Source: an uncultured delta proteobacterium (GTDB lineage Bacteria > Myxococcota_A > Polyangia > Polyangiales > Polyangiaceae). Taken from it: DNA of 64,000 bases. Shown here piece after piece: positions 32,903 to 44,410 of the stretch (position 1 is its first letter; each line of letters starts with the position of its first letter). Made by a program: the position numbers and the translations under genes. The stretch spans positions 32,001 to 96,000 of the forward strand of contig CAVOKF010000006.1 in the NCBI GenBank assembly GCA_963696385.1. Direction: 5' to 3'. The notes beneath the pieces are model-generated. The model was given only the letters and a program-made list of their open reading frames with translations, was not told where the DNA came from and did no database searches.

Positions 32903-33765
32903 GTGGAGGTGAGCTCGCCGTGGCTGCTGGCGGCTGTCTGGCTGGGGCTCGCGCTGCTGGCGACGCTCCTGGCCATTTGGCCGCGACGGTCGCACAGCTC
33001 ATCATTGGCGCCGCCGTGGGCCCTGAGGCGCTCGGTGCAAAACTCCGTGGATCGCGTTCCTTTCTGGGACCGGTGCGATCGTGCTCACATTCCTTGCGGG
33101 CGCCGAGCTCGACCCGGCGGTATTTCGCGCGAAGCTCAAGCCGGCGGCTGGCGCTCGGCCTCGCAGGCTTCTTTGCGCCGTTTTTCGGATGCGCGGCCTT
33201 CGCCCACTACGCGCTTCATTGGCCGACTTCGAGCGCGTGGCTCGTGGGCCGTCATGCTCGAGCTCGGCCTGAACGTGACCGAGTACGGCAAAATGCTGCT
33301 GGCGGCGTGCTTCGTGAACGACATCGGGACGGTGATCGCGCTGGAGCTCATTTTTGCGCCCTCGCTGGTCTCCCGTGGGTGACGCCGCGATTCTTCAAGC
33401 GTTACGGCGGACGGCCGTCGGAGCTCGAGGCCAAGTACCTGCTGCTCCTGCTTTTCGGCTTCGGCGCTCCGGCTTCCTGGGCAGACAGCGCCCCGGTGCT
33501 TCCCGCCTATGTCATCGGGATGATCCTGGCGGGCACCGTGGGCAAGGACCATGTGCTCATCCGGCGGCTCCGCACGCTGACGTTCGGCCTACTCACCCCT
33601 TTCTACTCCATCCGCGCCGGGTCGTTCGTCTCGATCCCCTCTGTGATCGCGGCGCCGCTCGTGTGCATCGCGCTCTTGGCGGTCAAGGTCGCGACCAAAT
33701 CGTGCGCGCTCGCACCGACGTCACACGCACTTGGCTTCCCGCACAGGGAGACGGCCTACACCATC
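32903..33765 (+). pseudogene. Cation:H+ antiporter (CPA2-like) with multiple deletions and frameshifts
   Basis: Pieces in different frames: LTFLAGAELDP, LAACFVNDIGTVIAL, SELEAKYLL, LPAYVIGM, FGLLTPFY.IRAG. Confidence 0.8.
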
Positions 33766-33769
33766 TCGA

Positions 33770-34017
33770 CACGATGAAGGAGCAATACGAGAAGGAGTTC
33801 GCCGCGCTTCGCGGGCGCGTCGCGGAGCCGAGTGGCCTGCGCACACGGGTCGAGGTCGGCCACCCGGCCGAGCACATCGTGGCCCTCGCGGAGAAGGAAA
33901 AGGCGGACCTCATCGTCATGGGCCGGCGGGGCATACGGCGTCGCCCGGTGGATGCTGGGCTCTGTGTCCGAGCGTGTGCTGCGCTACGCGCATTGCCCGG
34001 TCACCGTCATCAAGTGA
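33770..34017 (+). pseudogene. Universal stress protein, 5'-deleted and frameshifted
   Basis: VGHPAEHIV..ADLIVMG.RG / LGSVSERVLRYAHCPVTVIK. Confidence 0.8.
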
Positions 34018-34072
34018 CGCCCGGACCCGAGGTTGCAGCGGTCAGTGGTTTGGGGTACGTAGAGTCACAAGC

Positions 34073-34128
34073 GGTGGTGGAGTCCACCCAAACCGCCGCC
34101 TCCGGCTGAGGCGGCCAATGACTCCTGC
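34073..34128 (+). promoter_or_regulatory. Fluoride riboswitch 3
   Basis: GGTGGTGGAGTCCACC-CAAACCGCCGCCTC..GAGGCGG-CCAATGACTCCTGC, directly upstream of crcB. Confidence 0.92.
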
Positions 34129-34191
34129 GGATGCGCCGTGGCACCGTAGGAAGTACGCCATCGGCGCCCCGAATCGTTGGAGGCGAGTGCG

Positions 34192-34575
34192 ATGGCGAGA
34201 GTGCTTCTTATCGGATTGGCGGGCGCGCTCGGAACGCTGGCGCGCTACGGCATCGGCCTTTGGTCGGGCAAGGCGCTCGGCACGGCCCTGCCGTATGGAA
34301 CGTTCATTGTGAACGTTACCGGGTGTTTTCTCATCGCGCTGGTCTCGCAGATCGCCATCTCGACCACGCTCATCTCGCCGACGCTGCGGCTCACGCTCAC
34401 GACGGGGTTCATGGGGGGCCTGACGACGTACTCGAGCTTCAACTACGAAACCACCAACCTGTTGCGTGAGCGCGGGCTTGGCGAGGGGCTCACGAATCTC
34501 GTGTTGACCCTGGTTGCCTGCTTCGTCGCAGGGATGCTGGGGTTGATGACGGCCCGGCGGCTGGTCGCCGAGTGA
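34192..34575 (+). CDS. crcB: Fluoride efflux channel Fluc/CrcB
   Basis: GALGTLARY, PYGTFIVNVTGCF, TGFMGGLTTYSSF.YE. Confidence 0.95.
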   Translation: MARVLLIGLAGALGTLARYGIGLWSGKALGTALPYGTFIVNVTGCFLIALVSQIAISTTLISPTLRLTLTTGFMGGLTTYSSFNYETTNLLRERGLGEGLTNLVLTLVACFVAGMLGLMTARRLVAE

Positions 34576-34591
34576 GGGACTGGAGGGCACC

Positions 34592-34993
34592 ATGCGAGTG
34601 TTGGACGGAGAGCAACTGCTTGTGCGGATCTTCATTGGCGAGGATGCGAAGTGGCATCACACGCCTCTGGAACGGGCGCTGCTCGAGCGACTGCGCCGTG
34701 AGGGTTTCGCCGGAACGAGCGTGTTTCGGGGTATCGCGGGCTTCGGCGCCTCGAGCATCATTCACACGGCGCATCTCGTCGACCTGTCCTCCGACCTGCC
34801 CATCCTGATCGAAGTCGTGGACGACCAGGAGCACATCGACAAGCTGATCCCGATCCTCGACGAGATGGTGACGGGCGGCGCGCTCATCACGATGGAGCGG
34901 GTACGGGTCATCCGGTACGCGCCCGCCAAGCATGGATCGGACATCCCTCCTCCGCCGCCGAGCTCGGTGCCTGGCGCATTGCCCAAAGGCTAG
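34592..34993 (+). CDS. DUF190 (PII-like) protein
   Basis: RIFIGE, GTSVFRGIAGFG, LSSDLPILIEVVD. Confidence 0.9.
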   Translation: MRVLDGEQLLVRIFIGEDAKWHHTPLERALLERLRREGFAGTSVFRGIAGFGASSIIHTAHLVDLSSDLPILIEVVDDQEHIDKLIPILDEMVTGGALITMERVRVIRYAPAKHGSDIPPPPPSSVPGALPKG

Positions 34994-34996
34994 CGA

Positions 34997-35542
34997 ATGC
35001 ATCCTTGGCACGACGTCTCGCTGGGGGAAAGCGCCGGCCATGGCTTCACGGCGGTCGTGGAAACTCCGCGCGACTCGCGCGTGCAGTACGGCCTCGACCT
35101 GCGGAGAGGTCTCTTGCGCGTCAAGCGCGTGCTCTTCAGCGCCGTGCAGTACCCCGCCAACTACGGGTTCGCGCCCCGAACGCTGGCCGAACACGAGGAT
35201 CCCGTCGACGTCCTTGGGATGGGTCAGGAGCCGAGCCATCCGCTGAGCGTCGAGCGAGCGCGCGCCGTCGGTCTCTTGCGCATGGTTCAAAGCGGCGGTC
35301 GCGACGACAAGATCCTTACCGTTCACATCGACGATCCCGCGGTCGAATCGTACCGCGAATGTAAGCAGCTGCCGCCCTCCCAGCTCGCCGAGATCGAGAA
35401 GTTCTTCCGCGACTATCGGGCGCTGGAGCGGGTGGAGATCCGCACCCTCGGATTGGGCGATGCACGCGAGGCGATGCAGCACCTTGCCGAGGGTGCCTCG
35501 GCCTACGCGGCGCGCATGGAGCATGGGCGAGCGAGCGCCTGA
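34997..35542 (+). CDS. Family I inorganic pyrophosphatase homolog with substituted active-site residues
   Basis: HPWHD, YPANYGF.PRTL..DPVDVL, DDKI, FF.DY. Confidence 0.85.
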   Translation: MHPWHDVSLGESAGHGFTAVVETPRDSRVQYGLDLRRGLLRVKRVLFSAVQYPANYGFAPRTLAEHEDPVDVLGMGQEPSHPLSVERARAVGLLRMVQSGGRDDKILTVHIDDPAVESYRECKQLPPSQLAEIEKFFRDYRALERVEIRTLGLGDAREAMQHLAEGASAYAARMEHGRASA

Positions 35543-37226
35543 TCCGTTCGACGTGCTGGCCGAGGCCGCACGGGAGCTGGGCGACGACGCGACATTCGCC
35601 GACCTCGTGGCGCTCCGGCGTCGCCTGGACGAGGGCCGGTTCTTCGTGGCGTGCGTCGGTCAGTTCAAGCGGGGCAAGTCCACGCTGGTCAACGCGCTCG
35701 TGGAGGCGGCCGTCTTGCCCGTGGGCGTCGTCCCTGTGACGGCAGTCATCACGGTCGTTCGTCACGGCCCGGAGTTTCGTGCACGGGTGCGCACGGAGGA
35801 TGCTGCAGACTGGGTCAATGTTCGCGTGGGTTCCCTTGACGAGTACGTGACCGAGGCCAAAAACCCCCAGAACGAGAGGCGTGTTCGTGCCGTCGAGGTG
35901 GATGTGCCGGCCGCGCTGCTCGCGTCCGGGATGTGCCTGGTGGACACGCCCGGGCTCGGCTCCGTGTTCGCGGGCAACACGGCGGCCACGCGCGAATTCG
36001 TGCCGCACATCGACGCGGCTCTCGTCGTCCTCGGGGCCGACCCGCCCATCTCGGGACAGGAGCTCGACCTCGTCGCCGAAGTCGCACGGCAGGTCGAGCC
36101 CCTCGTGTTCGTCATCAACAAGGCCGACCGCCTGTCGGCGGCCGACATCGAGCAAGCTCAATCCTTCACCCGCGAGGTGGTCGCCAAGCGCCTTGGGCGT
36201 GCAGCGCCCGAAGTGCTCGTCGTGAGCGCCACCGAACGTCTCGCGGGCCACCGGTCGCGCGACTGGGACGCGCTCGAGGGCGTGCTCGGGGCGCTCGCGC
36301 GCGATGCAGGGGCCGATCTGGTGGAAGCCGCCAGGCGCCGCGGCCTTTTGCGGGCGACGACGCACCTTTCGGGTGGGATCGAGGAACACAGGGCGGCCCT
36401 GCTCCGGCCAATCGAAGAGTCGGAGCGACGTGTCGAAGCCCTATCGCGCGCGATCGCAGACGCCGAGCGCGCGCTAGGGGAACTGGAGCCGCTTTTTCGG
36501 GTCGAGGAAGAGGCATTGCGGCGCGGACTCGAAGCCCGGCGAGCGGCGTTTCTGCAGGGCGCGGCCGACAACGCCGTCCGAACGCTTCGCGCGCGCCTCG
36601 AGGCGACGGCAGAGCCAGCGGCCGCGCTGCACTCGAGAGTGTACGAGCTCGCGCAGGACCTCGCGCGAGAGCACGTCGAAGCGTGGGCGCATAGCGTGCG
36701 GCCCGATGCGGAGGTCGCCTACCGCAAGGTCACGGATCGCTTCGTAGCGCTGGGCAACGACTTCTTGCGCCGCCTGAAGTTGGCCGATCCCGACGCGTTC
36801 GCGGCTCTGCCCTCGGAGCTCGAGCCGGAAACGGGCCTCCGCGCTCGATCGGAATTCTTCTTCACCGAAATGCTCACGATCGCGGCGCCGCCCCCTGGCC
36901 TCGGGCTCCTTGACGCGCTGCGTTCCCGCGAACGGGCGCTCCGGGCCGCCCATAGGCGCGCTTCGCCGTATCTTCTGCGCCTGCTCGAGACGAACAGCGC
37001 GCGCGTCATCAACGATCTGGGCAGCCGCGTGCGCGAGAGCGGCCGAAGCCTTCGGAGCGACATCGCCTCGCGGCTTCGCGCGGTGGCGACCACCGCGAAG
37101 AAGAGTGCGGATTGGGCGCGAGCCTCGCAAGCACGTGGCGACGAGTCAGTCCGCGCCGAGCTCGCGCGACTCGACGCGCTTGCCCAGCATATCGCCACCG
37201 TCGAGCGACTCGGACGCGCAGTCTAG
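35523..37226 (+). CDS. Bacterial dynamin-like GTPase
   Basis: GQFKRGKSTLVNAL, LPVGVVPVT, LVDTPG, VINKAD, helical C-terminus. Confidence 0.9.
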   Translation: MGERAPDPFDVLAEAARELGDDATFADLVALRRRLDEGRFFVACVGQFKRGKSTLVNALVEAAVLPVGVVPVTAVITVVRHGPEFRARVRTEDAADWVNVRVGSLDEYVTEAKNPQNERRVRAVEVDVPAALLASGMCLVDTPGLGSVFAGNTAATREFVPHIDAALVVLGADPPISGQELDLVAEVARQVEPLVFVINKADRLSAADIEQAQSFTREVVAKRLGRAAPEVLVVSATERLAGHRSRDWDALEGVLGALARDAGADLVEAARRRGLLRATTHLSGGIEEHRAALLRPIEESERRVEALSRAIADAERALGELEPLFRVEEEALRRGLEARRAAFLQGAADNAVRTLRARLEATAEPAAALHSRVYELAQDLAREHVEAWAHSVRPDAEVAYRKVTDRFVALGNDFLRRLKLADPDAFAALPSELEPETGLRARSEFFFTEMLTIAAPPPGLGLLDALRSRERALRAAHRRASPYLLRLLETNSARVINDLGSRVRESGRSLRSDIASRLRAVATTAKKSADWARASQARGDESVRAELARLDALAQHIATVERLGRAV

Positions 37227-37253
37227 AGGTGGCCCCCGCGCATGCCGGAGGGA

Positions 37254-38498
37254 TCAGCATGGCGGCGTGGCGTCCGGAAGTGGCCCCGCTCGCCCCGAGG
37301 GTCCGCCGGACAGGATGACGACTGCACCAAGCAGCGACGTGGCCAGCACGAGCGACATCGCGGCGACCGGCTGGATCGCCCAAAGTGCGCCGACGAGGAC
37401 ACTGGAGACGAGATCGCCGATGCCGTTGACGGTGGCGAGGAGACCGAAACCGGTGCCGCGGATTGGCTCCGGCACAAGGCCGGCGGCGGTCGTGCTCTCT
37501 ACCGTTTCCCAGAACCCCATATAGAGGCCCGAGACGCCAAAGACGACGCCAAACTTGGAGAACGAATCGCCCGGCGCAAGCAAGGCAAGCGCCGGGACGG
37601 CCGCAATCAAATACCCCGCGGCGAGGACGCGGCGGGGGGGAAAGCGATCGGCCAGGGCCCCTGCGACGGAGCAGGCTGCCGTGTAGACGACGTTGTACCC
37701 GACGTAGTACGCCATCGCGAGAGTCGCCGCGTGGCCATGGCCTAGGCGAGGCGCCCACGCTTGCGTCGCGAACAGGATGAGCAAGGTCTTGGAGAAGTCC
37801 CCGAGACCGGCGATTCCAACGCCGAGGAGGAACCGACGGAAGACCGGTGGCAGCTCCTGCCAATCGCCGAGACGACGCGCGGAGGGGGCAGGCGCGTGGG
37901 GCTTTTCTTGGACCGCGAAGGTGATGAGAAATGCGGCGAGCAGGCCGGGGACAAGAGTGAGCGCGAATGTCATGCGCGTCCCGAGCGCGGTCGACACACC
38001 GAGCGCCAGAAGCGGGCCGACGACAGCCCCTGCGCTGTCCATCGAGCGTTCAAGGCCGAAGGCGCGCCCGCGCGTCTCGTTGGTCGTGGCTTCGGTGAGA
38101 AGGACGTTGCGGACCGGTGTCCGCATGCCTCGACCCAGCCAGCCGAAGACGCGACCGACCAGGACGTGCCAGGTGCTCGTCGCGAAGGCGAAACTGGCCA
38201 TGCCCGAAGCGGTCATGAAGTAGCCCACCACCGCGAGCGGCTTGCGGTGCTTGAGCCGGTCCGAGGTGACGCCGGACGCAAGCTTGGCAAAGCTCGAGAG
38301 ACCGTCGGCGAGGCCCTCGATGAGGCCCAGGGCGCCCGCGCCCGCGCCGAAACCGGCCAGCAGCGCGGGCATCACGGTCGTGGCCATCTCGTGGCCGACA
38401 TCGGACAGCAAGCTCGCGAGGCCGATGGCGAGAACGGTTCGGTTCAGCCAACCGGTGCGGGCGCGCGTGGGTGGGAGCCCGGCTTGCGTCGGAGCCAT
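37254..38498 (-). CDS. MFS transporter
   Basis: SLLSDVGHEM, SDRLKHRK, RGRAFGLERSMD, ~12 TM segments. Confidence 0.9.
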   Translation of the reverse strand: MAPTQAGLPPTRARTGWLNRTVLAIGLASLLSDVGHEMATTVMPALLAGFGAGAGALGLIEGLADGLSSFAKLASGVTSDRLKHRKPLAVVGYFMTASGMASFAFATSTWHVLVGRVFGWLGRGMRTPVRNVLLTEATTNETRGRAFGLERSMDSAGAVVGPLLALGVSTALGTRMTFALTLVPGLLAAFLITFAVQEKPHAPAPSARRLGDWQELPPVFRRFLLGVGIAGLGDFSKTLLILFATQAWAPRLGHGHAATLAMAYYVGYNVVYTAACSVAGALADRFPPRRVLAAGYLIAAVPALALLAPGDSFSKFGVVFGVSGLYMGFWETVESTTAAGLVPEPIRGTGFGLLATVNGIGDLVSSVLVGALWAIQPVAAMSLVLATSLLGAVVILSGGPSGRAGPLPDATPPC

Positions 38499-38546
38499 GT
38501 CACCGATGGAAGGAGTCCTGCAGCCCTGCGGAAAGAGATTCCTACG

Positions 38547-39955
<1,409 letters not shown>

Positions 39956-40160
39956 AAGGCCCTCGCTACTGCAAACGGGAACGCACCGCAAGAGCCGCGG
40001 AGACGAAGCGACCTCATGGTTCGCGCGCATTGACGCGGCTCCACTCGTGATTGGCGCGGCACGACGCGCGCGTGCCCCGCGATGCTCGGGGCGCTCAGGG
40101 CTGGAGTCGAGCAGGGCAAGGGCCTGCCTGAGGACTTCAAGAGCGTCGGGTCGGGCGCGG

Positions 40161-40865
40161 TCATCGATAGCGCTCGGCGGCACGGATGACCGAGCCGGTA
40201 CGGAGCCAGTCGACTCGCGGTTGTCCGCCGCGCCACGAGCTCGGGTCCAAGAGTGCATCGGCGAAGTCGACCGCGCGCCCAGGAAGTCCCTCGGTCGCCG
40301 CGACGAGCGCTCGGAATTCTTCGCGGCCGAGAGCAAAGGGTAGCGAACGCGCCGTGAGGAGCGACCCGAGGAGCGCGCGAATCGAGCTTCCGTGCAGGGG
40401 TGTGAGCTCCATCTCGCGGTGGGATAGCGCGAGGCCGCGAACCCGATCGCGGTCCCGCGGCTGATCGACGTCGGCGGCCAATGCGATGCCGAGGCCCATT
40501 CCACGCACAGCTTTGAGAGCCCCTTTGAACGCGGTTCCCGTGCGGCCGAGATCGTCCAAGAGCAGCATTCCTGGGGCGCGCTCGGCGGCGATGCGCAACC
40601 GACCGCGCCACTGACGCTGCGTCGCTGCGGGAGCCACGGAGGGGTAGGCTCGGCCGAGGGCCTGGGTGAAATCGGCCAGCGAAGCGGTGCGGATGGCGAG
40701 CCCGCAGGGTCGCTCGCGCTGGCGCGCGCGGCGCTCGAGGGCGCGCAAGAGGGCGGACTTGCCCACGCCCACCGGACCATAAAGGACGACGACCTCGCCG
40801 TCGTCGAGCCACGCGCCGAGGGTCGCGAGCGATTGCTCGCGGCCAAGGAGAGTTTGGGCGGTCAT
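40161..40865 (-). CDS. Small AAA/P-loop ATPase
   Basis: LLGRE, LYGPVGVGKS, LLLDDL, TEGLPG. Confidence 0.7.
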   Translation of the reverse strand: MTAQTLLGREQSLATLGAWLDDGEVVVLYGPVGVGKSALLRALERRARQRERPCGLAIRTASLADFTQALGRAYPSVAPAATQRQWRGRLRIAAERAPGMLLLDDLGRTGTAFKGALKAVRGMGLGIALAADVDQPRDRDRVRGLALSHREMELTPLHGSSIRALLGSLLTARSLPFALGREEFRALVAATEGLPGRAVDFADALLDPSSWRGGQPRVDWLRTGSVIRAAERYR

Positions 40866-42601
40866 CGGTCCGCGAGGATCCGCGCGTCGGCTTCGAGCGG
40901 ATCGTCGGAGACAAGGTGGACCCCGTGCTCGCCGAGTCGGCGCGCGGCCGCGGCCGCGCGGGGGTCGCTCGCATCGGTCCGTGCGGCGTGATCGACCAGG
41001 AGCGCGAGTTCGAGGGAACGGCCGAGCATCAGCGAGAATCGTCTCGCACCGGCCTCGAGCACCGCGGGACCCGCGGTATGGCCGCGTTCGAACCACGCGC
41101 GGGCGTGTGCGACGGCGCTCTGGGCCGCTCGCGCCGCTCGTGTGCAGCCGCTCGGGGCCCCATGCGACAGGCACCGGGTGATCTCGCGCTCGACCAGAGA
41201 AAGGCCCCCGAGTTTGGACAGCACGTGAACGACGTCGAGCGAGAGAACGTTGGTCGTGCCCTCCCAAATGGGGAGCACTTGCGCGTCGCGGAGGAGGTGC
41301 GGCACGCCCGTGTCTTCCACATACCCCGCACCGCCGAAGGCCTCGAGGACCTCGCTGGCCACCGCGACGGCTTGCTTCGCCGTGGTCAGCTTGGCGAGCG
41401 CCGTGAGGAGACGCAGGAGACTGCGCTCTTCCTCCTCGAGAAGGTTGGCCTCCTCGCGCCCGAGAAGCTCGACGACCCGGAATGCAAGGAGGAGCGCGCC
41501 GAACGCCTCGGCTTCCAGTCCTGGCAGCGTGTCGAGGTGAAGCGGCTTGTGCAAAAGGGGAGCGCCGAATGCGACGCGCCGATGTGCGTAGCCGCGAGCG
41601 AGATCGAGTCCGCGTCGCATCTCGGCGCAAGCCAAGACGGCATTCCACGTCCGAGTCACGTTGAGCATCGGCGCGATGTGGTTGATGCCACTCGAAAGCC
41701 CGACGACGGGGATGGCCGGCACGCCGTCAAGCGTGAGCTCCGCGGTAGGCAGCATGCGAGTGCCCAGCTTGTCTTTGAGCCGGTTGACGAAGATGTGGCA
41801 AAGGCGGCCCTCGTCGTCGCGGGGCTCGAGGTAAAAGAGCGCAAGACCCTCGCCGCCAGAGGGATTGCCTTGCGGCCTCGCGAGCGTCAGCGCGACCTCG
41901 GAGGTCGCGGCGCTGGTGAACCCTTTGGTCCCAAAGAGGCGCCAGTGCTCGCCGTCTTTGCGGGCGACGGTCTCGGAATTCGACACGTCGGAGCCGCCGA
42001 CGCGTTCGGTCATCCACTGCCCGCTCGTCCACGCGCGTGCGGGGTCGCGGCTCGTAAGTTGCGGGACGGCGCGATCGATGAGCGCGCGGTTGCGATGGAC
42101 GATGAGGGTTCTGGCGGCGCCGTCCGTCATCGCGAGCGGGCAGGCGTACATTTCCGTTGATCCGTGAAAAAGATAGGCGAGCGCGAACTGATGGATGCGC
42201 GCGTGGGCGCCGTGTCTTCGTTCGTAGGCGGTCGCCACGACGCCTCGCTCCGCCGCGATGCGCGCGGCTTCGTGCCAGACCGGCGTCACGTCGATGCGGT
42301 CGATTCGGCGACCCCAGGCGTCCCACGCCGTCAGCTTCGGTTCCGAACCGCGATGCTTCTGTTGCAGCTCGAAGAGAGGGCCGGCCGACAGCGCGCCCAT
42401 CTCGAGGAGCTCCGGTTCGACGGCGCGGTAGACGTCGTGCGGAAGGGCATGGCGCAGGTACGAGACGAGCGCGCAATCGGCCGTGTAGGCCTTGGCCAGC
42501 GCGGGAGGGCTTTGGAAGAACGGCTGCATGGCTCGGTCGCGCTGGGGTACGCCGGCACGGGGCGCCGGGTCCCGGGGTCCTTTCATGGGAGGTTCATCCA
42601 C
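40862..42601 (-). CDS. Acyl-CoA dehydrogenase (AidB/ACDH-11-like)
   Basis: CPLAMTDGA, GQWMTER.GGSD, RLKDKLGT, EAFGGAGYVED, IWEGTTNV. Confidence 0.9.
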   Translation of the reverse strand: MDEPPMKGPRDPAPRAGVPQRDRAMQPFFQSPPALAKAYTADCALVSYLRHALPHDVYRAVEPELLEMGALSAGPLFELQQKHRGSEPKLTAWDAWGRRIDRIDVTPVWHEAARIAAERGVVATAYERRHGAHARIHQFALAYLFHGSTEMYACPLAMTDGAARTLIVHRNRALIDRAVPQLTSRDPARAWTSGQWMTERVGGSDVSNSETVARKDGEHWRLFGTKGFTSAATSEVALTLARPQGNPSGGEGLALFYLEPRDDEGRLCHIFVNRLKDKLGTRMLPTAELTLDGVPAIPVVGLSSGINHIAPMLNVTRTWNAVLACAEMRRGLDLARGYAHRRVAFGAPLLHKPLHLDTLPGLEAEAFGALLLAFRVVELLGREEANLLEEEERSLLRLLTALAKLTTAKQAVAVASEVLEAFGGAGYVEDTGVPHLLRDAQVLPIWEGTTNVLSLDVVHVLSKLGGLSLVEREITRCLSHGAPSGCTRAARAAQSAVAHARAWFERGHTAGPAVLEAGARRFSLMLGRSLELALLVDHAARTDASDPRAAAAARRLGEHGVHLVSDDPLEADARILADR

Positions 42602-42945
42602 AAGAGGCGGGGAGGATCGCAGAGAAGAGCTGTGGTCGAGGCATGCGCGACCGCGATGCGATGGATTGCGGCCACCGGCGCACCGAGCACCCTGCAGACG
42701 GCAACTCGGATGATGGCATCATGTGTGACCGCGAGCACGGTGGCGCCGGGATGCGCTCGGCTGGTGCGTGCGACGAAAGCCATGATGCGGTTGAGCGCCG
42801 TAAGGACGCTCTCGCCGCCAGGAAAATGCATGCCTCCTGGATCGCGCTGCCAGGTGGTGAACAGGGGTCGGCCACGCGGCAGCGGCCTGCTGCTCGGTCT
42901 TGCCTGCCCATTCGCCGTAGTCGAGGTCGTCGAGATCCGGCTCGA
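42594..42945 (-). pseudogene. Histidine phosphatase (phosphoglycerate mutase family) fragment
   Basis: DLDDLDYGEWAG / FPGGES..VLAVTHDAIIR in shifted frames. Confidence 0.6.
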
Positions 42946-43025
42946 CCTGGGCTTTGGGGCATGGGCACGGTCTACGAGGCCAAAGACGAGCTGCTGCAAA
43001 AGGTCGTCGCGCTTCGCGCCATGGC
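42944..43025 (+). pseudogene. Very short Ser/Thr kinase subdomain I-II remnant
   Basis: G.G.MGTVYEAKDELLQKVVAL. Confidence 0.45.
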
Positions 43026-43029
43026 CTGG

Positions 43030-43216
43030 TCGAGTCGGTCGAGACGCCGCAAGATAAGCGCCCGTCGCTCGTGCCGTCGAGGTACTGGCGCAACGCGTCC
43101 TCGAGTACCGCGCGCTCCGAAAGCCCACTGGCGGCGGAGTATTTGCTGAGTCGGTCGCGAAGCGCAACGGTGAGACGCGTGCTGACCCGGACGCGCCGGA
43201 CTTTGGAGGGGACCAT
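43030..43216 (-). pseudogene. Ribbon-helix-helix (CopG/MobC-like) protein fragment
   Basis: RVRVSTRL..SERAVLEDALRQYLD downstream of the relaxase. Confidence 0.55.
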
Positions 43217-43253
43217 GGCGAAAACTCCGATGGGATTGCCCTGCGGTGGGCCG

Positions 43254-44241
43254 CTACAAGCCGCGGTCTCGGTCCGGCGAGCGCACGAGAACGTGACCTT
43301 TCGCGTCGCGTGACTGACCACCGTCTTGCCGACGTGGACGCGCAGCTCGGGCGACGCCGGCACCAGCACGAAGCGGGCGCCGTCGCTCACGACCGCGTAA
43401 GCGTCATGCTCCTGCAACGGCCGAAGGCGCCCTCGAAACGTCGAAGGAGCCTGAGCCAGAAACGCTTGCCCCAATCGCGCGGCGACTCCCTCTCCCACCG
43501 CCCTGCGTTGCAGCTCGCGCAGCTGGGTGACCCGGTCCGGGTCGCTCGGGGCGATCCCGAGCTGGTGCAACACGAGCCGCCGCTCTCCTAGGGCTTGCCG
43601 CACTGCGGCGCCGAACCCGTACGGAGCGAGTGGAGCCACCTCCGGCTGGTCGAGCCAAACAGGACCCGGATGACGCACCTGCTCGCGGAGCGACTGCGCC
43701 TCCCGACGCATAGCAACTCGTGACGCACCGGAGTCTGCACGGTGTCTCTCTTCGAGCGCACCCAGCAAGTCGGGCCGAACTCTCCATTGGCCGGGCGACT
43801 CGGCCGTGGGCGAGGCCCAGGCGCCCGAGCTCGCGCAGTCGGTGATGAGCCCATGGCGACTCGCCGTCGGCCGGGGCGGCGCCCGGGTCGAACGCGTAGA
43901 CACCGCCGTAGGCGCGCGCGACTGCGGCAATGTGGCGATCGATCGGACGCACGGCCGGCGAGATCCCCCGTTCAAAGCTCCTCGACCGAACGCATATCCA
44001 GCGGCACATGGTATTCGGCGCCCGTCGGCGTCTCGAGCACCGCGTAGAAGTCCCCCTCGAGTTCGTCCGAGAGTCCCTTGCTTGCGACGGCGCCGGCGGC
44101 GGCACGCCCCCGAGCCACACGGCCCCGCGCCACGCGCGCGAGGAGCGCGCCGCGAAACGAGCCTGAGCCGTCGCGCGAAGGCGCACGCCGACCCCGGCCC
44201 AGACGAGGCCTGAAAATAGGCAATTCTTCGGGGTCGGTCAC
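43254..44241 (-). pseudogene. VirD2-like relaxase (DUF3363 type), internally deleted and frameshifted
   Basis: ELPIFRPRLGR, KGLSDEL..YAVLETPTG..HVPL, GPVWLD, YGFGA.VR, YAVVSDG..FVLVP, terminal DRDRGL*. Confidence 0.65.
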
Positions 44242-44410
44242 AGTGGGCTCTACGTTTTCAGGTATCAAAACCGATACTTACCAATCGCGTGGATCCACGG
44301 CGAGTCGCCATGATGTCGAAAAGTAATCATGATTCCGGTCACATGCAACATTAAGGCGCCAGCCATTTATCTTGCCCTTCGCTTCGCTCCGGGTTTGCCC
44401 CCTCTCGACA

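Noticed and set aside
38500..38545. Fifth fluoride riboswitch before the MFS gene (GACTCCT present)
   Set aside because: No 5' GRTGGAGT/P1 element
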